Assembly (NCBI RefSeq): GCF_047605025.1
Contig: NZ_JASGGO010000015.1
Location: 2,970 to 66,969 of the forward strand
Reading direction: 5' to 3'
Source: Paracoccus sp. (in: a-proteobacteria)
GTDB lineage: Bacteria; Pseudomonadota; Alphaproteobacteria; Rhodobacterales; Rhodobacteraceae
DNA length: 64,000 bases
Of the stretch, positions 18,664 through 26,676 are shown piece by piece. The position numbers were made by a program, and so were the translations under genes. The notes below the pieces were generated by a model. That model searched no databases. It saw nothing but the letters and a program-made list of their open reading frames with translations, and was not told the origin of the DNA. The stretch's first letter is position 1. Each line of letters begins with the position of its first letter.

Positions 18664-20340
18664 GTGAGCAGAATCACCAGAAGCGTCCGCTTGGGACTAA
18701 TGGTCCTATTCGCCTGGGCCATGCCCATGGCCGTCGTCGCAGCCCCGTTCGCGGCCTTCGTCATGGATGCGCGAACAGGCCAGGAAATCTATTCCCAGAA
18801 TGCCGACACGCGGCTTCACCCCGCGTCATTGACCAAGATGATGACGCTTTACATGGCCTTCAACGCGATCGAGCGCGGGCAGGTCCGGCTGGACAGCAAG
18901 TTCCTGGTGTCCTCGCACGCGGCCTCGCAACCGCCTTCGCGTCTGGGCCTGCGCGCAGGCCAAAGGATCGAACTGCGCTATCTGATCCGCGCGGCGGCGG
19001 TGAAATCGGCCAATGACGCGGCGACCACCATCGGCGAGAATATCGCCGGGTCCGAGCCGAAATTCGCGGCCCAGATGACCGCCATGGCCAAGGCCCTGGG
19101 CATGCGTAACAGCAATTTCCGCAATGCGAACGGGCTGAGCGTGGACGGGCACTACTCTACGGCGCGCGACATGACGACCCTGGGGCGGCGGCTGTTCTAT
19201 GACTTTCCGCAATATTACTCGATCTTCTCGCGCCGCAGCGCGGATGCGGGGATCGCGACGGTCTCCAGCACGAACAAGCGTTTCCTGGACAGCTATGAGG
19301 GGGCGGACGGGATCAAGACCGGCTATACCCGCGCGGCTGGCTTCAACCTGACGGCCTCGGCCAAGCGCGGACCCAAGCGGATCATCGCGACGGTGCTGGG
19401 CGGAAACTCGACCGCGCATCGCAACGCGGTGATGGCCCAGCTTCTGGATACGGGCTTCGGCAGGGCGCCAAGCAAAGTGCGCGAGACGCGCCCGGCCGCG
19501 CCGGTTCTGGTGGCAGAGCCGCGCCAGATCCGCCGCACGATCCAGGTCGCGCGGGTCGAGACGCGCCAACCGCAAGCCCAACCGCAACCGCAACCACAGC
19601 CGCAGCGACAGGCCATGGCGCAGCCGATGGCCCGGCTTTCCAGTTCGGATCGGCCGACGGCGCGGGCAACGCAAGCCAGCCTGGTGACCCCGCAGGCGAT
19701 CACCGCGGCGGTCGAGCGGGCGCAGAAAGCGGCGCGCGCCGACAAGGTCGGGACCAGCGCGCGGCCCCTGCGCAAGCCGGGTGCCCCCGTCGCCACCGCC
19801 TCGACCAAGGGGACCGAGAGTCTGACGGCGCGCCCCGCCTCGCGCCCCGAAGGCGACACGGTCACGGATAACGGCATGAGCAGTTCTTCACGCCCTATCC
19901 CCGCGCGCCGGATCGAGGAATCGGCCAGCCTCGGGCAGGTGCGTCCCTCGCTTTTCATGCTGACCGCCCTGCCCCAGGATGAGCCGGCGCCGACCGCTGA
20001 GGCAGCCGCCCCGCCCCCGCCGCGCCAGGGCATCATCCTGGCCGCCGTCGAGCATGGCGATTCGCCCCAGCCAGCGCAACAGGTCGTCAGCCGCGCCTCG
20101 TCCGGGGCACGGGGCTTTGGCGTGTCGCTGGGGATCCATACCTCACGCGGGGCGGCGGAACAGCTTCTGCTGCGCACGGCCTTGCAGGAAAGCAATGCGC
20201 TTGGCGGGGCACAAAGCCGGGTCGGCAGCACCGCGCGCGGCTATGAGGCAACCTTCCTGGGGATGAGCCGGCAGACCGCCGAACTGGCCTGCGGCCGCTT
20301 GGCCGCGCGCCAGCAGGAATGCAAGGTGATCAGCCGCTAA
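18664..20340 (+). CDS. D-alanyl-D-alanine carboxypeptidase (PBP5/6 class) fused to a C-terminal SPOR domain
   Basis: Signal peptide; SLTK (SxxK), SAND (SxN), KTGYT (KTG). Long Pro/Gln/Ala linker. Last ~75 aa GFGVSLGIHTSRGAAEQLL...YEATFLGMSRQTAELACGRL is SPOR-like. Confidence 0.88.
   Translation: MSRITRSVRLGLMVLFAWAMPMAVVAAPFAAFVMDARTGQEIYSQNADTRLHPASLTKMMTLYMAFNAIERGQVRLDSKFLVSSHAASQPPSRLGLRAGQRIELRYLIRAAAVKSANDAATTIGENIAGSEPKFAAQMTAMAKALGMRNSNFRNANGLSVDGHYSTARDMTTLGRRLFYDFPQYYSIFSRRSADAGIATVSSTNKRFLDSYEGADGIKTGYTRAAGFNLTASAKRGPKRIIATVLGGNSTAHRNAVMAQLLDTGFGRAPSKVRETRPAAPVLVAEPRQIRRTIQVARVETRQPQAQPQPQPQPQRQAMAQPMARLSSSDRPTARATQASLVTPQAITAAVERAQKAARADKVGTSARPLRKPGAPVATASTKGTESLTARPASRPEGDTVTDNGMSSSSRPIPARRIEESASLGQVRPSLFMLTALPQDEPAPTAEAAAPPPPRQGIILAAVEHGDSPQPAQQVVSRASSGARGFGVSLGIHTSRGAAEQLLLRTALQESNALGGAQSRVGSTARGYEATFLGMSRQTAELACGRLAARQQECKVISR
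19564..19611 (+). repeat. CAACCG/CAGCCG hexanucleotide repeat tract (QPQAQPQPQPQPQ)
   Basis: Read directly in the linker of the carboxypeptidase-SPOR gene. Confidence 0.8.
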
Positions 20341-20366
20341 GGCCGTATCGCACCCCGACGAATTGG

Positions 20367-20395
20367 AAAAGGCCACCCCAGACGGTGGCCTTTTT
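20367..20395. terminator. Bidirectional intrinsic terminator
   Basis: AAAAGGCCACC-ccagac-GGTGGCCTTTT between convergent stops at 20340 (+) and 20439 (-). Confidence 0.78.
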
Positions 20396-20438
20396 CATGC
20401 GCTGCAAGGTGCGTGCCCAGGACGGGCATCCGCGTCGG

Positions 20439-21587
20439 TCAGCGGAACCAAAGGCCCTGCCGCTTCAGCCGGTGGCGCAGCGCCTGCTCGGCCACCTGAT
20501 GGGCGGGGTTCTGAAGCTGGCGTGCCGTCCTGCGCCCCTCTCCCTCCAGAACCAGCTTCCGATAGGCCGGATCCTCCGCGAAATGCCGGGCGATGCTGGG
20601 CTGGGCCAGCAGCGTCTCCATCAGGTGCAGGGCAGGCTCGGGCTCGCGCGCGTAAAGCAGCGAAAGGTTGCGGTAATGGCAGGTCGTCGCGCCGTCCAGA
20701 CCGCAAAGCTCGGGACCGGGCCTGCCGCCGCCCAGCGAATGGATGACCAGCGGCAGAACGATCTGGTCCAGCCAGGGGTCCAGGCTTTGACAGGCCAGCT
20801 CATCCCCCGGATCGGCCCGCACCGCCAGCGCCCAATCCAGGAAGCGGCGCCCGAACTCGGCGGGATCGGCGCCGAAGAACCAGCCCGCGTTGAAATATAG
20901 ATATCTCTCCCAATGCTCGTCGCACTGAGCCGGATCGAGCGAGCTTTCGAAATCAAGCCCGAAGCGGCGATACAGCGCGCCCCAGATCCCGGCATAGCCG
21001 GGACCGTAAGGGGGTGGCAGAGGCCAGGTGCCGCTTCGCCGCATCGAGGCCGAGGGGCGCGAAAAATCCAGCGGCAGCCGGCCAAGATCGCCCAGCACCA
21101 ACGTATCGCTATCGAAGAAGACGAAGGGTTCGCCCTCGGGCAGGACGGCAAGCGCCTCGATCTTGTTGCCATAGGGATAGGCGCGGCCGAAATGGCGGGC
21201 GACGAAGGGTCGGATTTCCGCCCCGAGCGCCAGCAGATCGGCGCGGATCTGAGGGGGGATCGCGGTTTCGACCCCCTCCCAGGCCGCCTCGGGCAAGGGT
21301 TCGGCCAGGATCAGCCGCCCGGCTGATCCGGGCGCGTTGCGGCGCAAGCTGGCGGCGAAAAGCAACGCCTCGCGGGCCAGCCGGCCGTTCTGGGCGACCA
21401 GCAGGATATTGAAGACCCGGCTTTCAGCGGCACCGCTTTTCAGCCGATCACCCTGCCGAGCCGCACGCTTGGCCGCGCGCTCGGCCCTATTCCGGGCCTG
21501 GCGGGCCAGCCGCTCGGATTTCTGGTCGAGGGCGTTGCTTTTATGTATCAGCTTTTCTAACGTTTTTGCTTTGATCGAGTCACTCAT
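20439..21587 (-). CDS. Hypothetical protein with GT8-like (GT-A fold, DxD) glycosyltransferase features
   Basis: YGNKIEAL...FVFFDSDTLVLGDL (DxD), YFNAGWFFG and DQIVLPL resemble family-8 blocks. Basic helical N-terminal ~55 aa. Confidence 0.65.
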   Translation of the reverse strand: MSDSIKAKTLEKLIHKSNALDQKSERLARQARNRAERAAKRAARQGDRLKSGAAESRVFNILLVAQNGRLAREALLFAASLRRNAPGSAGRLILAEPLPEAAWEGVETAIPPQIRADLLALGAEIRPFVARHFGRAYPYGNKIEALAVLPEGEPFVFFDSDTLVLGDLGRLPLDFSRPSASMRRSGTWPLPPPYGPGYAGIWGALYRRFGLDFESSLDPAQCDEHWERYLYFNAGWFFGADPAEFGRRFLDWALAVRADPGDELACQSLDPWLDQIVLPLVIHSLGGGRPGPELCGLDGATTCHYRNLSLLYAREPEPALHLMETLLAQPSIARHFAEDPAYRKLVLEGEGRRTARQLQNPAHQVAEQALRHRLKRQGLWFR

Positions 21588-21842
21588 TCCACGTTACCCC
21601 TACCCGGATCAGTCCTGCACGCAAGATTCCGGCCCAAGAACACCATTAGAAGATTATTCTGAAATGCAATCTTCAAGAAGAAGTTGTTTTCTGCGAATGC
21701 AAAAACACCTCTCTCGCAGCATTCGCCGAATAGGTGTAAGAATGGCTTAAAAGCGCGGTAAAAAGTCAGGTTTTCATGTGTCTCGTTTCCGTGCAGGGTA
21801 GGCCGAGCCGTTTAATTATTCCTCTTTTACTTGTATGGCCAA

Positions 21843-21877
21843 GGCCGGATGAGGCTGGGCACTGCCCTCATCCGGTC
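21843..21877. other. 10-12-bp GC hairpin inside the AT-rich 21588-22198 gap
   Basis: CCGGATGAGG-ctgggcactgc-CCTCATCCGG read directly. No clean T tract on either side. Confidence 0.4.
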
Positions 21878-22198
21878 ACCTGCTTTCCAAAGCCCTCACG
21901 CAGAATTCTCTTTTAAGCAGTTGCGGGAAATAGGGCTTTCGTTTTTTATAGTTTTTCTTGGTTCCGCCGATCCTGATCCACGAAGCCTTCGAGAAAAAAA
22001 TATCGTTAAAAATCGGTATCTTGCCGGATCTTACCCTATCCTCGGAAAGGTCGCCTGCGGGTCACGAAAATCAATTTTTGGTTGATCTTCCGCCGAAGCC
22101 CAGCCTGGCGGGAAAAAGATCCGCAACCATCCGGCCATGCTGCGATGCGGCATGACCGGAATTCGGATTTCCACCATGGGTTTATAATTGCGAAAACC

Positions 22199-23038
22199 CT
22201 AGACGGCGATGCCGTGGCGGCCTGCCAGATCGGTGAAGAATTGCCACGCAACCCGCCCCGAGCGTGATCCCCGCGTCGCCTGCCATTCGATCGCCTCGGC
22301 GCGCAGTTCGGCCTCGGCGACAGCCAGTCCATGCGCGGCGCAATAGCCCTGGATCATCGCCAGATACTCGTCCTGGGAACAGGGGTGGAACCCCAGCCAA
22401 AGCCCGAAACGGTCCGAGAGCGAGACCTTCTCCTCGACCGCTTCGCCTGGATGGATCGCGGTCGAACGCTCGTTATCGATCATGTCGCGCGGCATCAGGT
22501 GGCGCCGGTTCGAGGTCGCGTAAAGAATCACATTTGCCGGCCGGCCATTGATACCGCCGTCCAGCACCGCCTTCAGCGACTTGTATTGCGTGTCGTCATG
22601 GCTGAAGGACAGGTCGTCCGAGAACAGCACGAAGCGCTTGTCCCCGGCCTGGCCCAGGATATCCAGCAACCGCGAGACCGAACCCAGATCCTCGCGCGCG
22701 ATCTCGACCAGGATCAGGGGCAGGCCCTGTCGCACCGCCTCGGCATGGACGGACTTCACCAGCGAGGATTTTCCCATTCCCCGCGACCCCCATAACAACG
22801 CATTGTTCGCCGCGAAGCCGCGCGCGAATTGCAGCGTGTTGGCCAGCAGCGTGTCGCGCGCGCGGTCGATCCCGATCAGCAGCGACAGATCGACACGGCT
22901 GACCTGCGGCACCGGCTGCAAGCGGTCGGGATCGGGATGCCAGACATAGGCAGCGGCCTCGGTAAAGCTCGGCGCGGACGCGGGCGGCGGAGACATGCGC
23001 TCCAGCGCCTCGGCGATGCGGTGCAGCGGCTCACTCAT
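22199..23038 (-). CDS. DUF815-type AAA ATPase
   Basis: Walker [10 protein letters not shown] and Walker [13 protein letters not shown] at 23036-23038 overlaps the tatC stop by 8 nt. Confidence 0.83.
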   Translation of the reverse strand: MSEPLHRIAEALERMSPPPASAPSFTEAAAYVWHPDPDRLQPVPQVSRVDLSLLIGIDRARDTLLANTLQFARGFAANNALLWGSRGMGKSSLVKSVHAEAVRQGLPLILVEIAREDLGSVSRLLDILGQAGDKRFVLFSDDLSFSHDDTQYKSLKAVLDGGINGRPANVILYATSNRRHLMPRDMIDNERSTAIHPGEAVEEKVSLSDRFGLWLGFHPCSQDEYLAMIQGYCAAHGLAVAEAELRAEAIEWQATRGSRSGRVAWQFFTDLAGRHGIAV

Positions 23039-23885
23039 CGGCCGCCTCCTCAAGGGCGCGCTTGCGCTCGATCCGGCGCACGAGGAAGATCGAGACCTCG
23101 TAAAGCCCATAAATCACCGTGAAAAGAACGATCTGGCTGATCACGTCTGGTGGCGTCACCATGGCCGCCAGGACCAGGATCACGATCACCGCATAGCGCC
23201 GAACGCTGGCCAGACCCTCGGAGCTGACCAGCCCCGCCTTGCCCATCAGCGTCAGCGCCACCGGAAGCTGGAACGAGAGGCCGAAGGCCAGGATGAACTT
23301 GGTGGTCAGCGCCAGGTATTCCTCGACCGAGCCCTGGAAAACGATGCCGGCCCACGGCTCCTTGGCCGCCGTGTCCACAACGGTGGCTGCGGCCGTGGGA
23401 TCGTCGGGCAACGCCAGCGGACCCTGCTGGAAGCCCAGGAAGAAGTCGAAGGCCCAGGGCAGGATGACGTAATAGGCAAAGGCCCCGCCCAACAGGAACA
23501 TGACCGGCGACGCGATCAGAAAGGGCAGCAAGGCGTTCTTTTCGCTGCGGTAAAGTCCCGGCGCGACAAAACGCCACAGTTGATAGCCCACCACCGGAAA
23601 AGCCAGCACGAAACCGCCGAAAAAGGCGATGCGCATGGCGACGAAGAAGCCCTCTTGCAGCTTCAGCAGGATCAGGCCGCAGGTCTGGCCGCGCTTTTCC
23701 AGCGAATGGCAGATCGGCTGCGTCAGGAAATCGAAGATCGGATTCCAGACGAAATAGCAGACGACCATCGCCAGCACGAAGGCCAGGACGGACCAGATCA
23801 GCCGCGTGCGCAGCTCCTTCAGGTGCTCGATCAGCGGGGCCGAGGAATCTTCGATATCGTCCGGCTTGGCAGAATTCGTCGCCAC
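23031..23885 (-). CDS. tatC: Twin-arginine translocase subunit TatC
   Basis: 284 aa, [14 protein letters not shown]-terminus and six hydrophobic helices typical of TatC. Confidence 0.95.
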   Translation of the reverse strand: MATNSAKPDDIEDSSAPLIEHLKELRTRLIWSVLAFVLAMVVCYFVWNPIFDFLTQPICHSLEKRGQTCGLILLKLQEGFFVAMRIAFFGGFVLAFPVVGYQLWRFVAPGLYRSEKNALLPFLIASPVMFLLGGAFAYYVILPWAFDFFLGFQQGPLALPDDPTAAATVVDTAAKEPWAGIVFQGSVEEYLALTTKFILAFGLSFQLPVALTLMGKAGLVSSEGLASVRRYAVIVILVLAAMVTPPDVISQIVLFTVIYGLYEVSIFLVRRIERKRALEEAADE

Positions 23886-23947
23886 GGGATTGCGGCCTTT
23901 CCTGTCTTGATGTTGGGGCGGTCAGGGCTGGGGCGTCCGGTCCCGCC

Positions 23948-24445
23948 TCAATGATCCAGGTCCGAGCGTCGGACCGCATGCAGCCGGCGCCGCCCACCAG
24001 CGGCCTCGTCCGAAGACGGGGCGTCGGGCGCGGTGCCGGGCACCGGCGGGGCCTCACCCGTCATGGGCGCGGAAGCCTCCGCCACTGGGGGTTTCTCGGC
24101 GACGGGGGCCGATGGGTCGGGCACCAGCCCCTTGCGGCGGGCCTCGTCGCGCGGGTTCAGCGGATCCCATTTCTCGAACCGCTCGGTCGCACGCTCCAGC
24201 GCATCCAGGCCCAGCCCGCGCTTCGAGGTCAGCGAATTCACCTCGTGCAGCGTCTTCGACGCCTCTTCAAGACCCGAGGACTTGGCGGCATCCTCCATCG
24301 CGCTGGTGAACTCGCGCGCCATCGACCGCGCCCGCGCGGTGATCCGGCCCAGCGTGTGGAACAGCTTGGGCAGATCCTCGGGACCGATCACGATCAGCGC
24401 GACCACGCCGATCAGCAGCAGTTCACTCCAGCCGATATCGAACAT
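23948..24445 (-). CDS. tatB: Twin-arginine translocase subunit TatB
   Basis: MFDIGWSELLLIGVVALIVIGPEDLP followed by an amphipathic helix. Confidence 0.9.
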   Translation of the reverse strand: MFDIGWSELLLIGVVALIVIGPEDLPKLFHTLGRITARARSMAREFTSAMEDAAKSSGLEEASKTLHEVNSLTSKRGLGLDALERATERFEKWDPLNPRDEARRKGLVPDPSAPVAEKPPVAEASAPMTGEAPPVPGTAPDAPSSDEAAGGRRRLHAVRRSDLDH

Positions 24446-24466
24446 GACAGATCAGCGCCGCCCTGC

Positions 24467-24778
24467 TCAGAGTTTGTTCTGGTCGCCGGGCGTCACGTCG
24501 CGCAGCGCCGTATCGGCGGACATGCGCGCGCGCTCGGCATCCAGCTTGGCGCGCTCGGCGGCCAGTTCGGCGCGGGCGTGGGCGATCTCGTCGGGCGAGT
24601 TCGGCTCAAGCTCCTTGGGATCGGCCTTGTCTTCCTCCGAGCCTTCCTTGACGCCCTTCTTGAATGCGGTGATTCCCTTGCCGACCTCACCCATCAGGGA
24701 CGAGACCTTGCCGCGCCCGAACAGGACCAGAACGACGATTGCGATCAGCAACAGCGCCATGGGGGAAGGTGCGTGCAT
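24467..24778 (-). CDS. tatA: Twin-arginine translocase subunit TatA (long charged C-terminal tail)
   Basis: Internal ATG of the 161-aa track ORF. LLLIAIVVLVLFGRGKVSSLMGEVGKGITAFKKG is the TatA TM-hinge-helix signature. An alternative ATG lies at 24760. Confidence 0.87.
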   Translation of the reverse strand: MHAPSPMALLLIAIVVLVLFGRGKVSSLMGEVGKGITAFKKGVKEGSEEDKADPKELEPNSPDEIAHARAELAAERAKLDAERARMSADTALRDVTPGDQNKL

Positions 24779-24939
24779 CTTGTTACCTCCGTGGCGCGGC
24801 CCCGACGGCCGCGCAGATATAGACTTTCCCCGATATAGGCGCCATGCGCCCTTCGGGAAACCCCCAAACGCGTGATGCGGCGGCCCCGCATCCTGCGCCC
24901 GGACTTTCCAAGCCGCACTTCGCACGCCATAGTCGCGGC

Positions 24940-25566
24940 ATGGACATGACACAAACCATCAGTGCCTTCGTCACGCTTTTCGTGGTCATCGACCCCATAG
25001 GGCTACTGCCACCGTTCATCGTGCTGACCCGCAACATGGACCGGGCGCGGTGCAGGCGAGTGGGGTGGCGGGCGCTGATCATCGCGGCAGGGCTGCTCAC
25101 GCTCTTCGGCCTCGCGGGCGAGGCGATCCTGGCCGGCATCGGCATCTCGCTTCCGGCCTTCCGCATCGCGGGGGGCGTGCTTTTGTTCCTGACCGCGCTC
25201 GACATGCTCTTCGAGCGCCGGACCGAGCGGCGCGAGGGCCAGACCCGCGACGACCCCGAGCGCGAGGATAGCGACGATCCTTCGGTCTTTCCGCTGGCGA
25301 TGCCGCTCCTGGCCGGGCCTGGGGCGCTGGCCTCGATGATCCTGCTGGTGAACCAGAACCAGAGCGCGCTGCATACGCTCGTCATCCATGGGATGATGCT
25401 GGCGGTGCTGGGGATCGCGGCATTGCTTTTCGCGCTGGCGGTGCCGATCGCGCATCTGCTGGGCCGAACCGGGACCATGGTGGTGACGCGGCTTTTCGGC
25501 ATGCTGCTCGCCGCGCTTTCCGTCCAGTTCGTGATCGACGGGCTCAAGGGCTCGGGGCTGGCCTGA
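24940..25566 (+). CDS. MarC/UPF0056 family integral membrane protein
   Basis: FVTLFVVIDPIGLLPPF...FPLAMPLLAGPGA blocks. Start at MDMTQT. Confidence 0.87.
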   Translation: MDMTQTISAFVTLFVVIDPIGLLPPFIVLTRNMDRARCRRVGWRALIIAAGLLTLFGLAGEAILAGIGISLPAFRIAGGVLLFLTALDMLFERRTERREGQTRDDPEREDSDDPSVFPLAMPLLAGPGALASMILLVNQNQSALHTLVIHGMMLAVLGIAALLFALAVPIAHLLGRTGTMVVTRLFGMLLAALSVQFVIDGLKGSGLA

Positions 25567-26138
25567 TGGAGGACCTCGGCCGGCTGGCCTATCTCGCGCT
25601 GCTGCTGGTCGCCCTGGGCGGCTTTCTGGTGGTCGAACTGCGCGCCCGCCCCGGCAGGACCCTGCGGCAGGCGGCGGCCTGGGCGATGATCTTCCTGGGC
25701 GTGATCGCGCTTGCCGGACTGTGGGACGACATCCGCCAGGCGGTGCTGCCCCAGACCCGCATGCTCGCGGGCGGGCGGATCGAAGTGCCGCTGGGCCAGG
25801 ACGGGCATTTCCAGCTGACCGCGCGGGTCAATGGCGCGCCGGTGCGCTTCGTCGTCGATACGGGCGCCACCACCCTGGCCCTCAGCCCGGCGGATGCGCG
25901 CCGCGCGGGCATAGACACCGAAAGCCTGGCCTATGGCGGCGAGGCGCGCACGGCCAACGGCATCGTCGAGACCGCGACCGTCACCCTCGACCAGGTCGCC
26001 ATCGGCGAGATCCGCGATTCCGACGTGGCGGCGCTGGTGCTGCGCGCGCAGCTCGACCAGTCGTTGATGGGCATGTCCTACCTCTCGCGCTTCGCCCGCC
26101 TCAGCATCGAGGGCGACCGCCTCATCCTGGAACGCTAA
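25566..26138 (+). CDS. Membrane-anchored retropepsin-like (clan AA, TIGR02281-type) aspartic protease
   Basis: Two N-terminal TM helices, then GHFQLTARVNGAPVRFVVDTGATTLAL with DTGA. The start shares 1 nt with the MarC-family stop. Confidence 0.85.
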   Translation: MEDLGRLAYLALLLVALGGFLVVELRARPGRTLRQAAAWAMIFLGVIALAGLWDDIRQAVLPQTRMLAGGRIEVPLGQDGHFQLTARVNGAPVRFVVDTGATTLALSPADARRAGIDTESLAYGGEARTANGIVETATVTLDQVAIGEIRDSDVAALVLRAQLDQSLMGMSYLSRFARLSIEGDRLILER

Positions 26139-26142
26139 GCCC

Positions 26143-26163
26143 CTCTTTCTTGCCCAAATATCC
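26143..26163 (-). repeat. Intergenic box copy A (minus strand reads GGATATTTGGGCAAGAAAGAG)
   Basis: Core shared with copies at 34357, 49703 and 53942. Confidence 0.65.
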
Positions 26164-26172
26164 TGGGGGGGA

Positions 26173-26226
26173 ACGCCTGGACACCCCCATCAAGGGGGCG
26201 TCCAGGCGTGGGGGGCAAAGCCCCCC
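26173..26226 (-). terminator. 16-bp hairpin plus adjacent GGGGGGC/GCCCCCC hairpin downstream of holC
   Basis: ACGCCTGGACACCCCC-atcaa-GGGGGCGTCCAGGCGT. The single A:C on the plus strand becomes G:U on the minus strand. A second 7-bp hairpin lies at 26210-26226. Confidence 0.6.
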
Positions 26227-26676
26227 TTACTGCCTGCGCTCCCAACGGCCATCGGCCTCGGACCAATATTCAGCGGTAACCCCCTCGGCCTTCAATTGCC
26301 GCCATTGCACACGCGCACGCTCCAATGCCTGCGGATCGCTGCCGTCGAAAAGAATGCAACAGCGCTCCATCGCCTGGCACTCGCCCCCTTCGACCCCGAC
26401 CCCGTCCAGCGCGATCAGGCAGCGAGGTGCGTTCGGCGCCCCCTGCCCCTCGACTGTCAGCAGCACCGGCTGCCTCGGATCATGCGGCCCGCCCGCCAAG
26501 CCATGCGGCAGAAAGCCGTCCCCCTGCCACAGCCGCTCATCCAGCGCCGCCTGGCGCGCGCGGTCCCTGCCCCGCAACTCGACCCGCCACCCTGCTTGCA
26601 GGCTCTTGCCGATCAGCACCGGCAAAAGCTGCTCCGGGCCCGAGCGGGTCAGGTGATAGAACAGGGCCGCGCCCAT
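26227..26676 (-). CDS. holC: DNA polymerase III chi subunit
   Basis: 149 aa, ALFYHLTRSGPEQLLPVLIGKSL N-terminus. Immediately downstream of pepA, the conserved pepA-holC pair. Confidence 0.87.
   Translation of the reverse strand: MGAALFYHLTRSGPEQLLPVLIGKSLQAGWRVELRGRDRARQAALDERLWQGDGFLPHGLAGGPHDPRQPVLLTVEGQGAPNAPRCLIALDGVGVEGGECQAMERCCILFDGSDPQALERARVQWRQLKAEGVTAEYWSEADGRWERRQ

Noticed and set aside
21831-22085. Small ORFs inside the AT-rich gap (84 aa at 21831, 65 aa at 21958, 98 aa at 22036 on the minus strand).
   Set aside because: Non-ATG or unsupported starts, no SD, and codon usage unlike neighbouring genes. One extends into the DUF815 gene on the wrong strand.
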